Shown: positions 1 through 10,409 of the stretch, piece by piece | Layout: each line of letters starts with the position of its first letter | How positions within the stretch are numbered: the first letter of the stretch is position 1 | NCBI GenBank assembly: GCA_039803205.1 | Contig: JBDRYB010000010.1 | Coordinates: 1-56,828 of the forward strand | Length of the DNA stretch: 56,828 nucleotides | DNA from: a candidate division WOR-3 bacterium | Lineage (GTDB): Bacteria; Hydrothermota; Hydrothermia; JBDRYB01 | Direction of reading: 5' to 3' | The notes under the pieces: generated by a model | Seen by the model: only the letters and a program-made list of their open reading frames with translations | The model's database searches: none | Told to the model about the DNA's origin: nothing | Translations under genes and position numbers: made by a program

Positions 1-159
1 GCAGGGAGGATGGTCGGGGTGATACACGAAGGCCCAGGGCGCGAGGGCCCTGGGTTAACCGGAGAGATACACTGGGAGCCAGATCTGAGGCCAGGGGTCT
101 ATTTCCTGAGGCTTGAGGCAGGTGGGAAAGCCACGAGCACGGAGCTGATTATTCAGTAA
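1..159 (+). CDS. 3' end of a secreted protein with a T9SS-type-A-like C-terminal domain (partial, runs off window)
   Basis: Frame 1 reads AGRMVGVIHEG...IHWEPDLRPGVYFLRLEAGGKATSTELIIQ*, matching the GRxV...W....L..GVYFLRL pattern also seen at the ends of other secreted proteins in this window. Confidence 0.6.
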   Translation, partial: AGRMVGVIHEGPGREGPGLTGEIHWEPDLRPGVYFLRLEAGGKATSTELIIQ

Positions 160-590
160 GAACCCGGGTTTCTGAGGTAATGGAAATAACATCCCTGAAA
201 CTCCAGGCCAGTCTCAAGACAAGCGGCCTCGTGGGAGGTGTGAAAATCCCCTGTTATCACCCTTGCCCCATACCTTTCTGCCAGGTCAGAGAACACCCTG
301 TAGAAGCTTCCGGCGCTCTCATCATCCATGAACTCCACATCAAGGACAAGCCCATCTGGGGAGTAGGCAATGTTGAAACATTTCTCCTCTTTCCCCACCC
401 GAAGGTATCCCTGGTCAACATGAACTACCGGAGAACTGAATCTGCGTTTCTTTATTCTCCCAAATACGGCCTCGCCCATATCAACCCAATGCCTCCACTC
501 GGTTGAGGGATCCATCTCAAGGCCATATGCTCTCAGGAAGAGGCAAATGTTCTCAAATGAGAGGCCAAGGTAATACAGGAGAGCGACCAT
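153..590 (-). mobile_element. Truncated DDE transposase remnant (IS256/IS6-like, CxxH type)
   Basis: YLGLSFENI HTH-like segment, VHVD (first Asp), VITGD (second Asp) and QGCYFHYLRN (QxCxxHxxRN). The ORF stops just after CxxH and lacks the N-terminus and the catalytic Glu region. Confidence 0.7.
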
Positions 591-650
591 GAGCTTCTTG
601 TTGCACCACCATAGGCCCCGGCCTTAAAATTCTCGCCGTAAGGAGGCACG

Positions 651-1784
651 ATGCGGTTTAACTGGAAATACCTTGCAGGCATAACAATAATAGGGAGCTT
701 CGCGGCCCTGAGCACATACCAGCTATCCAGGGCGCAGGTTCCACCCGCGGAGGAGGTCATTGGCGAGGAGACCGCGCCTGAGACCACAGAAACGCGACCC
801 TATAAGCCATCAGGGCCCTCAACTCCCGCGCCAACCGTCACCTTCGGCACGGGCGAATACCTCCTGAAATATCCACCGTCTGACATAGAGAAATACTACC
901 CGCCGGTCTTCAAGAGATACGAGTATTCAAGGCTCATGGACAGCCTTGCCAAGTATTTCTACGAGCTAAAGATAGATGTGAACGAGGGAGATTGGGACTA
1001 TGTTGAGTTCAGTTTCAGGCTTTTCGCGAGGCAATACAAGCTGATGGCGGATATGCATCCCGGCATGTCCGAGTTCTTCAGGCTTGAATACCTGGACCAA
1101 CTCGCTAAGCAGTTGAACATTCAGAGCCCGGAGCAGAAAGCTCAGGACACCGCTGGTTACACACCTGAGCCCGAGGAAATGGCGCACGAGGAGGAGGAGC
1201 TGACAAAGGAGGGTGAACCCAAGGAAGGTATGGTAAAGAAGACGAATCCAGAGGCTGTCAAGACCATAGAAAAGATAGAAAACGAATCCTGCAAATCCTG
1301 CCATTACCTATACAGGCCGGCGACATACTTTGCTTTCTACTGGGGGACAAGGGGCATGAAATACGACATGATCTCCTTCAGGATGAAGGACCCTGTGACC
1401 GGCAAGAAGGACATAAGCTACAAGGAGTTCATGATGCTTCTTGGGGAGTCTTACTATGGCATCATGAACGGCATAGACAAGGGTGAAAAGCGCTATGTCC
1501 GGCTTAAGCTAAAGGACTTCGCCAAGCGAATGGACGCGCTTGACGCGACCTGCATGAAATGCCACTGGGAGGAGCCGGATAAATACATGCTCAAGACCGT
1601 CAAGCCCCAGATGAAGGCTCTTGATGAGGAGGCCAAGCGCTACAAGCCGCGCAAGGACATCCTGAACAAGAACCTCGCTTACATTTACGAGAACATCTGT
1701 TCAGGTTGTCACATGATACACATGCCCGTTTATCAGATACAGGAGATCTGGAAGGGGGAGAAAGGAAGCGCTCAGGGCCAGTAG
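651..1784 (+). CDS. Exported/membrane-anchored triheme c-type cytochrome
   Basis: N-terminal hydrophobic signal; three CXXCH motifs (CKSCH, CMKCH, CSGCH); SD AAGGAGG upstream. Confidence 0.75.
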   Translation: MRFNWKYLAGITIIGSFAALSTYQLSRAQVPPAEEVIGEETAPETTETRPYKPSGPSTPAPTVTFGTGEYLLKYPPSDIEKYYPPVFKRYEYSRLMDSLAKYFYELKIDVNEGDWDYVEFSFRLFARQYKLMADMHPGMSEFFRLEYLDQLAKQLNIQSPEQKAQDTAGYTPEPEEMAHEEEELTKEGEPKEGMVKKTNPEAVKTIEKIENESCKSCHYLYRPATYFAFYWGTRGMKYDMISFRMKDPVTGKKDISYKEFMMLLGESYYGIMNGIDKGEKRYVRLKLKDFAKRMDALDATCMKCHWEEPDKYMLKTVKPQMKALDEEAKRYKPRKDILNKNLAYIYENICSGCHMIHMPVYQIQEIWKGEKGSAQGQ

Positions 1785-1806
1785 GGCTTGAGACCGGAGA
1801 CCGGCT

Positions 1807-3612
1807 ATGTTCATGCAGAAACTGCGTTCAAATGTTGGTAAGGTGATCCTCTGGTTCATGGCCTTTGCCTTTGTAGCTTGGATAGGATTTGATTTGGGAG
1901 CCGATCTGGTTGGCACCAGGCTCAGAAAGCCCTGGGAGCGCGGCATTATAGCGGAGGTTGAGGGCAAGGAGATACCCTACGAGCTCTACAGGTCCAGGCT
2001 TGAGAAGGCAATCTCGGATACGCTTAAGGCGAGGGGCGCAGAAAGCATCCCCCGAGAGGACGAGGAGGCTATTGCCGAGGCTATCTGGCAAGAGATGCTT
2101 GATGATATTCGTTGGGAGAGGGTTCTCAAGGACAGGGGCCTTGAGCTTGAGGACGAGACGGTTCTCAGGATACTAGCCCAGTTCCCCCCAAAGGAGATAA
2201 CCGAGGATTCTACATTTTGGTTTGAGGGGCGCTTCAGCTACGATAGGTATCTCGCGGCCCTTGGAAACCCGCAAAACCTCCCATATTTCAGGGAATACGA
2301 GCTCCAGCTCCGGAAGGACATTCCCAGGCACTTCATGGGCCTTGATCTCATGACATCGGTTTCCCTATCTGAGAGGGAGGTTTTTTACGATTACAGGCTC
2401 AAGAATACCAAGACCCACCTCATATACATAGCGGTAAACGCGGGCGCGGCTATCCCAAACGAGGAAGTGCCCGTTTCCGATGACGAGATAACCCAGTATT
2501 ACAACGATCACAAGGAGGACTACAAGGTCGGGGAAAGGGCAACCCTCTTCGTGGTTCGTATACCAAAGGCCCCCTCATCCCAGGACACCGCGGCCGCGAG
2601 GGAGCAGCTCTTAACAGCCCTTGAGGAGATAAGGCAGGGAACGCCTTTTGAGGAGGCAGTTAAGTATTACACGGAGGACCCAAAAGGCAAGGAAACTGGC
2701 GGGGATATGGGGTGGGTAAAGCCAGAGTTCGCGCCGGCTGAGATCAGGGAAGCGCTCGCTGGTAAAGCCCCTGGCGCGCTCGTGGGCCCTGTTCAATCCC
2801 CTATTGGATGGCACCTATTCAGGGTTGACTCAGTTCAAGGGGATTCTATGCGCCTCAGGCAGATCCTGACCCGGATCCAGATCTCCCCTGAGACAGAGGA
2901 GGCCCTCGCTGAGGAGATGAGGGGCTTTCTTGATAGGGCAAAGGAGATCGGGTTCTCTGAGGCCGCGGCAGAGCTGGGCCTCAGGGTTGACACGGCTATG
3001 GCTTTTGAGCTGGAGAAGGGGTTCATTCCCGTTGTTGGCCTTGATCCCGTCCTCATGCAAGAGCTCAGGAAGGCAAAGCCCGGCTATACTTCTGCTTTGA
3101 TAAGGAAACCGGGTTTCTACGCGGCTGTTCATGTTGCCGAGAGGTTTCCGAAGGGATACTATTCCCTTGAGGAGATAAGGGAGAAGGTGAGGGCGGATCT
3201 CATCGTCCAAAAGAAGAAAGAAAAAGCAACAGAGATAGTGAAAAAGGCCCTTGACGAGATAGCGGCCGGCAGGACTCCGAGCCTGCCTCCGGGCTTCATC
3301 CTCCAGGAAGACACTGCCGCAACCTATAACACATACCAACCAGGGATAGCTGACAAGGACATATTCTGGGGAGCGGTATCCGGGACAAAGCCCGGGGAGC
3401 GGAGAGGGCCCTTTGAGGGCAAGATGAGCGTCTATGGCCTCATGGTGATAAGTAAAACAGAACCAAGTTGGGAGGATTTTCAGGCCCAATCCGCAATGCT
3501 CCGGCGCCAGGCAGAGATGACATACTTCCAGAGGCTAATGGGGGGCTGGCAGGAGGAGCTGACCCGCGACCTCAATGTGAAGGATTACAGGCCTTATATA
3601 TTCCTCTATTGA
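1807..3612 (+). CDS. PpiD/SurA-family periplasmic parvulin-type peptidyl-prolyl isomerase/chaperone
   Basis: N-terminal membrane anchor (MQKLR..VILWFMAFAF), SurA-N helical region, rotamase motif FEEAVKYYTED...GGDMGW...GPVQSPIGWHLF. Confidence 0.85.
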   Translation: MFMQKLRSNVGKVILWFMAFAFVAWIGFDLGADLVGTRLRKPWERGIIAEVEGKEIPYELYRSRLEKAISDTLKARGAESIPREDEEAIAEAIWQEMLDDIRWERVLKDRGLELEDETVLRILAQFPPKEITEDSTFWFEGRFSYDRYLAALGNPQNLPYFREYELQLRKDIPRHFMGLDLMTSVSLSEREVFYDYRLKNTKTHLIYIAVNAGAAIPNEEVPVSDDEITQYYNDHKEDYKVGERATLFVVRIPKAPSSQDTAAAREQLLTALEEIRQGTPFEEAVKYYTEDPKGKETGGDMGWVKPEFAPAEIREALAGKAPGALVGPVQSPIGWHLFRVDSVQGDSMRLRQILTRIQISPETEEALAEEMRGFLDRAKEIGFSEAAAELGLRVDTAMAFELEKGFIPVVGLDPVLMQELRKAKPGYTSALIRKPGFYAAVHVAERFPKGYYSLEEIREKVRADLIVQKKKEKATEIVKKALDEIAAGRTPSLPPGFILQEDTAATYNTYQPGIADKDIFWGAVSGTKPGERRGPFEGKMSVYGLMVISKTEPSWEDFQAQSAMLRRQAEMTYFQRLMGGWQEELTRDLNVKDYRPYIFLY

Positions 3613-3778
3613 GATGTGCCGGATGGTTCTCCGGCCAAAGGGAAATTGCCCTGGAAAACAGCCTGAAAGGAGTGGTGGGCTTTGATGCATTCCCACGATG
3701 GAGGGATTTGATTGCCGGCCCTTGCGCTTTGAAAGTCATCCAAAGAAGCAGGGCTAAACCCATTATCTAATGTTCAAT

Positions 3779-5257
3779 TTAATTTACAACAGCTTTTCCC
3801 TTGTAGTGATCCGCCTCCCAGAAATAGATGCCTCTTCCGAGCTTTATGATGCTCTCACCAGCCATTAGCTTGCCGGAATAGATCATTCTCCCATCTGATG
3901 AATAGATTTTCAGAGGCACATCCTCGTGGGCATAGAAGAGAAGACCCCCCAGGATCGGAGAACATACTATGTATCTCTCTGAGGCTGGATTCCCTTCCAC
4001 AAGCTCAATAGGAGCGCAGATATTTGTTGTGTTCAAATTGGGAACAGATGTCGCGAGGGTTAAGGCGTTAACCGTAGGGGTATAATTTTGTCCCAACGCG
4101 GGAGAAGCGGTGAGGGGGGTAATCTCCCTCACTGTAGGGTACCATTCCTGAAGACAACCCGGATAATTGCCGTTCTGGTCAATCTTCAGAAGGAAAAAGT
4201 TATATCCTCCGGCCCCAAAGCTAGAGGTTTCCCCGGTTATCGCAAGATCCCCGTCTTGGGCCTGGATTATGTGTCTGCCTCTGTCAGTGCTACCTCCGGG
4301 TAGGATCTTTGCCCATAACAGGCTTCCATCCGGAGCTAGCTTGAGAACAAGAATATCACTATTGCTGATCCCGGCCAAGACATATCCACCTGACTGGTCC
4401 CTGATCATTGAGTAAGCCATATCTTCACTCGGACCGCCGATGGATCTAGCCCACTCCACGGAACCGTCCCCCCTTGTTTTGATCACGAGTATGTCTCTAT
4501 CTCCCACGGTGAAACTCATGGTTGATCCCGAGACCACTAGTCCACCATTGGGTTCCTGAACAACCGCTAGAGGCCAATCCCAATCTGTCCCACCGTAGGT
4601 TTTGGCCCAGCTCACGCTTCCATCAGAGTTCAGTTTAATGAGCAAGAAGTCGTAAGAGCCAGCCCCAAAGGAGTAAGTCGCGCCCGCTATTGCGAATCCT
4701 CCATCCTGGGTCTGGATAAGGGCTCGGGCCTCGTCAGTGGATGACCCCCCATAGCTTTTTCCCTAGACGAGAGAACCGTCAGAACCAAGCTTCAAGAGGA
4801 CGAAGTCCAAGTCGGGTGTTGCGCCTTCTCCCGCTATTGCGTATCCTCCGTCCTGGGTCTGAATAGCTGGGAAAAACCAGTCCCAATATTGTCCTCCGTA
4901 TGAGTATGCCCACTCAAGGTTTCCCGTGGAATTGATCTTGAGCAAAAGAAAATCATCGTATCCTGTCCCGTATCTCCTCGTATATCCTGCTATTACATAT
5001 CCGCCATCCTGAGCCTGGATTAATGACCAAGGCCAATCTAAGCTGTCTCTGCCGAAGGTTTTTGCCCAGCTCATTGAGCCATCTGGGGTCAGCTTTATGA
5101 AGAGGATGTCTCCGTTGGAGCCGTAACTATATGTGCATCCCGCTAGAGCAAATCCACCGTCTGTAGTTGGGGTCACAGCCAGAGAGTAATCATTCCCCGG
5201 ACCCCCATAGGTCCTGGCAAAGATAGCCTCCAATAGCAAAACAGAAAATACAAACAT
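3779..5257 (-). pseudogene. Secreted beta-propeller repeat protein with T9SS-like tail, broken by one in-frame TAG
   Basis: ORFs 4763..5257 and 3779..4645 share one frame. The 39 codons between them continue the repeat (GKSYGGSSTDEARALIQTQDGGFAIAG), and the TAG at 4763-4765 falls where repeats have Trp (DGSLV*GKSYGG vs DGSVSWAKTYGG). Confidence 0.8.
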
Positions 5258-5521
5258 AAAACCTCCGGCCTGAAAATTTTAAACCAATGGTCCTTATGCT
5301 CACAACCCAAGAGTGCGACCCTTACCTCAGAGCCCCATTAGCTTGATAACCCTTGGGCCGTTATGGTTATGTGCTTGTGCCACAAGGGCTTTGGCTGAAT
5401 TGTCTAAAAAGACTTAATGGGGAATTAGAAAAGGGCCAAGACAGAGTGAAAAGGAGTGAGCCCAATATGTGAGCTGGAGGATGTTTGTTAATGGGAATGA
5501 GTTAGCCCTTATAATTTGTTA

Positions 5522-6928
5522 ATGATGAATCCCCTTTTCTTTTGGATACCCATCTATGAGGTTCAGGACCCTATGGACATCAGGAACCCATCCGAGTCAT
5601 ACTCCCTGATTGATATGATGCTTACGCAGGGCGAGCTTGAGGGTTATCCACTCCTCTCAAGGGACATCTCCTATCTTGAGCTGGCTAAGGCCGGATGCGA
5701 ACCCGCTCCTCGTTCTGCCAAACAGGGGCTTAGCGCTCCCGTATCAGCGCAGTTCCTCGGCTCTGACCTCTCGGCGAGGCTTGTTTTGCCCCTCCAGCTT
5801 GGCTTCAATTACAGGAATTTCTTCGCGTATGAGCGGCTTGTTTTATTTACAGGCCACAGGCAGTTTGAGGGGCTTTCCCCGTGGGATCCCAGGCACGACC
5901 CGAGGTGGGAGATAGCGAGCTGGGACCCCCAACCCATAATAGGAAAAGAGGACATAGCAGAGGAGCGCCACATGAGGGGATATGGCGGATACATTTGGGA
6001 TTGGGGATACATCACCGCAGGCCGTGAGGCCTTTAGGTTGGGCCCCTCATATCGGTATGCGATGACCCTCTCGGATTTCGCTGGCCCTTTGGATTTCTTC
6101 TATCACATGAGGGTTCTCCTCGGTTCCTTTAAGCTCTCCGCTGGGTTTGCCAGGATCCCAGATACATTGGACTTCAGGCGCCTCACATATCAACGCATAG
6201 AGTGGTCGCCCGCGCCCTCGGTGTCCTTGGCCCTGACGGACGGCGTGCTCACGGCGAGGGGAGACTTCGCAAAATACGCCATACCATTCCTTTTCTTCTA
6301 CGATCTTCAGCGCCACGAGTCCGATAACCAGGATAACCTTTTCGCCTCAGGGGAGCTGTCTTGGAGGGTGATCAAGGGATTCAGGCTCTACGGCGAGGTT
6401 TTCATTGACGATCCGACATTCATATCCGGGGGCGAGGCCGCGATGTATGCGTTCATGGGCGGCGCGCATGTTTCTTCCGGAGACTGGGACATGAGGGCAG
6501 AGGCCGCTGGCGCTAGCCCCTTCACATACGCGCATTTTTCCGATTCTAACGCGATGTCCGCGCTCGGGTGGCCCATGGGATTCTGGTTGGGGCCGGACGC
6601 GAGGGCCATTTACCTCCACTTTGGCTGGTATCCTGGGACAATAGGGTTGAGGGCCTTTTTTGAACTTTATCAGCACGGCGAACTATGGCTTGATACCCCA
6701 TACGAGGATGTGGGGGGAACTGGGCTCAGCTGGCCCACAGGCGTGGTTGAGACCGCTACGGAGCCGGGCCTTGAATTTTTCCTTTTGTCTGACAAGCTCA
6801 ACCTCAAGGCAAGGGTATCCTGGTTCAGGGCCGCAGACTATTGTAATCAGGAAGGCCTTACCATCTCAGAAATGAGGCTATCGGGTTTTCTCTCTGTGGT
6901 TCCGAGGGTATTCAGGATTGAGTTCTAG
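5522..6928 (+). CDS. Capsule assembly Wzi-family outer-membrane protein
   Basis: ITAGREAFRLGPS...LSDFAGPLD, DNLFASGEL, LYGEVFIDD, PMGFWLGPDA motifs; terminal Phe. Start moved to ATG 5522 (TATAAT 6 nt upstream). Confidence 0.65.
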   Translation: MMNPLFFWIPIYEVQDPMDIRNPSESYSLIDMMLTQGELEGYPLLSRDISYLELAKAGCEPAPRSAKQGLSAPVSAQFLGSDLSARLVLPLQLGFNYRNFFAYERLVLFTGHRQFEGLSPWDPRHDPRWEIASWDPQPIIGKEDIAEERHMRGYGGYIWDWGYITAGREAFRLGPSYRYAMTLSDFAGPLDFFYHMRVLLGSFKLSAGFARIPDTLDFRRLTYQRIEWSPAPSVSLALTDGVLTARGDFAKYAIPFLFFYDLQRHESDNQDNLFASGELSWRVIKGFRLYGEVFIDDPTFISGGEAAMYAFMGGAHVSSGDWDMRAEAAGASPFTYAHFSDSNAMSALGWPMGFWLGPDARAIYLHFGWYPGTIGLRAFFELYQHGELWLDTPYEDVGGTGLSWPTGVVETATEPGLEFFLLSDKLNLKARVSWFRAADYCNQEGLTISEMRLSGFLSVVPRVFRIEF

Positions 6929-6933
6929 GAAGG

Positions 6934-7413
6934 CTACTTTCCGCAATAAGGTGCTTTCAAGAACTTAGCGAGGCCCTTATTTTCCGTCCAGGATTTGTAT
7001 GTGCACTCAACCATGTTGCCCTGCGCGTCCTGCAATTCCACATACAGATAGCCCCCATCTATGTAGGTCACAAAAACATCGTCTATAACCCACTTGTCCC
7101 CCTCAGGATGCAGGATGTCAATGCCTATCAGGTTTATCTCTTTGGTATCCGGATTAAAGTAGTTGTATAGGTTGAGTATCTTTATGGGGTTGCCAGCTTT
7201 GTCGTATTCAAGGTCCATTGAGTAGTAGCAAACACGCTCACCCCTGTCGTTCGTGTATGTATCGTATTCCACCACATTGCCATTTCTCGCGTTCTCCTCA
7301 GCTAGCTGGAGAACCTCTATGAACTCGTTCACGGTAGCCGCGTCCTCGTAGCAATCTCCGGCCGCGACCAATCCGGGCAGAAACATCAGGCCAGGCAAGA
7401 TAAATCTGGTCAT
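6934..7413 (-). CDS. Hypothetical secreted protein
   Basis: Signal-peptide-like N-terminus; acidic, Tyr-rich body; TATAAT just upstream. Confidence 0.55.
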   Translation of the reverse strand: MTRFILPGLMFLPGLVAAGDCYEDAATVNEFIEVLQLAEENARNGNVVEYDTYTNDRGERVCYYSMDLEYDKAGNPIKILNLYNYFNPDTKEINLIGIDILHPEGDKWVIDDVFVTYIDGGYLYVELQDAQGNMVECTYKSWTENKGLAKFLKAPYCGK

Positions 7414-7656
7414 AATATCTAGATTATAATTCCAAAACCCACCCTGTGTAAAGTTAACGATTAGCTCGTGAGCCTTTCCCAGTCTGGGCTCAAATTAATG
7501 TAATTGGCTCCGGAAGCCTGGTTGGCCAATTCTAGCTAAAATTCCAGGAATCTAAAGTCTGGCCTTAAATTGGACGATTTCAGGGCCATCCGGGTGAAGG
7601 ATCACACCATAATTGCTTTGTGGTATAGGCCTCACCCCAAGCTTTAGAATCTCAGC

Positions 7657-8532
7657 ATGATGGATATGGTGGTGTTTTTGTTGGCGATAAAACCCATTTT
7701 CGTCTTGCCGGGCGAAACTGTTTGGCTACCCGACATATCCGAAGCCGAAGTCTTCCCAGAGGATTTCACCCCGTCAAAATTCCAGTATATCTACAAGGAT
7801 TACCTCCCCAACTACGAGATAAAGAAGGGGAGGATCGCATACAGAGCCCCCGAGGATCCCGGTTACAAAAGAATACCCTTCATGGCCGGGACCGACACAG
7901 CGCTGGTTATAACAATGCTTCCCTACGATTCTCTAAAGGAGGGCAAAATAGGCGGCTACATCATCGGTGAGTATCCTGATCCATACAAGGGAGCAAAGGG
8001 CGAGGTTGCAATAAGGCCCTCGGCATATGCCCCGCCAAAGGGGTTCATCGTGATAACGCCTGAGACTGAAACCCTTCACCTATCAGAACACTTCACCCTC
8101 GGGGACTTCGGCCGCAAGTGGGAAACAGGGGTTTATCCGAGATACATAGTCCTCGATCCAAGGGTTCCACTAATGCTTGAGGCCTTGATGGACAGCCTTG
8201 AATCCATGGGCTTGCCCAATAACATAAAGATCCTCTCCGGCTACAGAAGCCCGCTGACAAACAGAAAGCGCGGGCGCAAGAAGTGGTCAAGACACCAGTA
8301 TGGGGACGCCGTTGATATTTTCGTGGATGGCAACGACGATGGGAGGATGGACGATCTGAACCGAGACGGAAAGATAAATCGCAACGATGCCCTGTTCCTC
8401 GCTGAGATAGCCGAAAAGGTCATCCACGATATGGGGACAGAAGGAGGAATAGGTTGGTATAGGGGGCGCCGGCAGGGAACCCCTTTCATCCATGTTGATC
8501 TCAGGGGGTTCTACGCCAGGTGGAAGAGGTGA
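7657..8532 (+). CDS. Peptidase M15 family (D-Ala-D-Ala carboxypeptidase-like) Zn metallohydrolase
   Basis: LSEHFTLGDF, ILSGYRSP..N, SRHQYGDAVD, FIHVDLRG; inserted dockerin/EF-hand-like DLNRDGKINRND. Confidence 0.8.
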   Translation: MMDMVVFLLAIKPIFVLPGETVWLPDISEAEVFPEDFTPSKFQYIYKDYLPNYEIKKGRIAYRAPEDPGYKRIPFMAGTDTALVITMLPYDSLKEGKIGGYIIGEYPDPYKGAKGEVAIRPSAYAPPKGFIVITPETETLHLSEHFTLGDFGRKWETGVYPRYIVLDPRVPLMLEALMDSLESMGLPNNIKILSGYRSPLTNRKRGRKKWSRHQYGDAVDIFVDGNDDGRMDDLNRDGKINRNDALFLAEIAEKVIHDMGTEGGIGWYRGRRQGTPFIHVDLRGFYARWKR

Positions 8533-8557
8533 ATCCGGGCCGGAGGAGCGTAGTGTT

Positions 8558-8790
8558 TCAAAATTCCAGATCACCGAACCAAGGGCCCACAGGGTTAAGG
8601 CTTTGTCTGAGTTCCAAGAGCTCCTTAGCTGTCTCCTCGGGGAGATATGGCAAAAGCCTCTTTAGGGGTGTATGAGGTTGGTCATATACGCTCCTCAGTC
8701 TACCACTTCTTGTTCTCACCTTGATTATACTACGCCTCGTTGAGGTGAAGAGGTTTAGAAGCGACTCAAGCCGGCCTGGTTCACCACCCC
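8558..8790 (-). pseudogene. Remnant of the C-terminal part of an integrase-core (ISNCY-like) transposase
   Basis: Not in the ORF track. My translation reads LESLLNLFTSTRRSIIKVRTRSGRLRSVYDQPHTPLKRLLPYLPEETAKELLELRQSLNP, resembling N.F.P..K..K.R.G....K.YD.P.TPYQRLL...LNP. Confidence 0.45.
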
Positions 8791-8909
8791 TATCTGAGGG
8801 TCGTATTCGGTGATCACATTTTGAAACGCCGTTTCGCGTTTGGGTGTTCTTATTTTTGGAGCTAAACGCGAGATTGAACCAGGATGACCCTTAAGAGTAT
8901 AATCTCACC

Positions 8910-9128
8910 TTGACAAAGAAAAATGTCGTCAGGGTTGAGGGAACTGTGAAGGAGGTTCTCCCGAATGCAACTTTTAAGGTTGTTACGGACAGCGGAATCG
9001 AGATAATCTGCCACCTATCGGGCAAGATGCGGGTTCACCACATAAAGATACTCCCTGGGGACAGGGTAACGGTTGAGATGTCACCCTATGACCTCACCAG
9101 GGGCAGGATAGTCTATCGGTATAAGTGA
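8910..9128 (+). CDS. infA: Translation initiation factor IF-1
   Basis: [16 protein letters not shown]...HLSGKMR...[29 protein letters not shown] start. Confidence 0.97.
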   Translation: MTKKNVVRVEGTVKEVLPNATFKVVTDSGIEIICHLSGKMRVHHIKILPGDRVTVEMSPYDLTRGRIVYRYK

Positions 9129-9209
9129 GGGGGACGCAAAAAATGTCTGCTCGGTTGCCCTTGATCCGACACGCGCGGAGGCTTAATAATTAAGGGCACG
9201 AAGATTGAA

Positions 9210-10391
9210 ATGGAAAAGCTGAACTTTATCAGAGAGGAAATAGAGAGGCTCAAGGACGAGGGCCTGTTCATCAACATAAGGACAATAGGCTCGGCTCAGG
9301 ACTCCTGGACAGTGGTTGACGGGAAGCGCGTCCTGAACATGTGTAGCAATAACTACCTCGGCTTTGCCAACCATCCTGAGCTCAAGGAAGCCGCTAAGAG
9401 GGCCATAGATGAGTGGGGGGTCGGGCCCGCGGCCGTAAGGTCAATCGCTGGAACCATGACCCTCCACCTGGAACTGGAGCGCAGGCTCGCTGAGTTCAAG
9501 GGATCTGAGAGCGCGCTCAGCCTCCAGGCAGGTCTAATAGCCAACCTGGCAACCATCCCGCCTTTGGTTGATGAGGGAGACATCATATACACGGATCAGC
9601 TGAACCACGCTTCAATAATAGACGGATGCAGATTGTCAAAGGCTGAGAGGATAATATACGCTCACTGCGATCCGGATGACCTAAAAAGGAAGCTTGATGA
9701 GACAAGGCGCGGCAAGAGAAGGGCCCTCATCATAACCGACGGCGTTTTCTCCATGGACGGGGATATCGCGCCCCTGCCGGAGATAACCGAACTAGCGGAG
9801 CGCTACGACGCTATGCTCATGGTTGATGACGCGCACGGGGAAGGGGTCCTCGGAAGGGGCGGCCGAGGAATAGTTGACCACTTCGGTCTCCACGGAAGGG
9901 TTGATGTGGAGATAGGAACGCTGTCAAAGGCCTTTGGGGTTGTCGGAGGTTATGTTGCTGGCAAGAAGGAGATAACGGACTACCTGAGACAGAAAGCCCG
10001 GCCCTTCCTATTTTCATCAGCCGTGACGCCCGCTGATGTGGCGGCCTGCATTAAGGCTGTTGAGATACTTGAGAGGTCAACTGAGCTGGTTGACAGGCTT
10101 TGGGAGAACGCCAGGTATTTCAAGGAGGGCCTCAGGGCCCTCGGGTTTGATACCGGAAAGAGCCAAACCCCGATAACCCCTATTATGCTTGGGGACGCGA
10201 GGCTGGCTCAGGATTTCTCTCGGAGGCTCTTTGAGGAGGAAGTTTTCGTCATGGCAATAGGCTATCCAACCGTTCCAAAGGGCGCCGCGAGGCTGAGGGT
10301 CATGATCTCAGCGGCCCACAAGAGAGAGGACCTTGATTTCGCGATAAGCAAATTTGAGAAGGTAGGAAGGGAGCTCAAGGTCATCAAATAG
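9210..10391 (+). CDS. kbl: Glycine C-acetyltransferase (2-amino-3-ketobutyrate CoA ligase), BioF/Kbl family
   Basis: [46 protein letters not shown] lysine. Confidence 0.85.
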   Translation: MEKLNFIREEIERLKDEGLFINIRTIGSAQDSWTVVDGKRVLNMCSNNYLGFANHPELKEAAKRAIDEWGVGPAAVRSIAGTMTLHLELERRLAEFKGSESALSLQAGLIANLATIPPLVDEGDIIYTDQLNHASIIDGCRLSKAERIIYAHCDPDDLKRKLDETRRGKRRALIITDGVFSMDGDIAPLPEITELAERYDAMLMVDDAHGEGVLGRGGRGIVDHFGLHGRVDVEIGTLSKAFGVVGGYVAGKKEITDYLRQKARPFLFSSAVTPADVAACIKAVEILERSTELVDRLWENARYFKEGLRALGFDTGKSQTPITPIMLGDARLAQDFSRRLFEEEVFVMAIGYPTVPKGAARLRVMISAAHKREDLDFAISKFEKVGRELKVIK

Positions 10392-10409
10392 AAAAAGAGC
10401 GATGATATT

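Noticed and set aside
3612..3779. Possible small ORF or RNA between the PPIase and the beta-propeller gene
   Set aside because: No recognisable motif, start signal or convincing structure
4763..4765. Pyrrolysine or genome-wide amber recoding
   Set aside because: TAG ends several conserved genes at their normal positions, the site corresponds to Trp (one transition away), and no pyl genes are in the window
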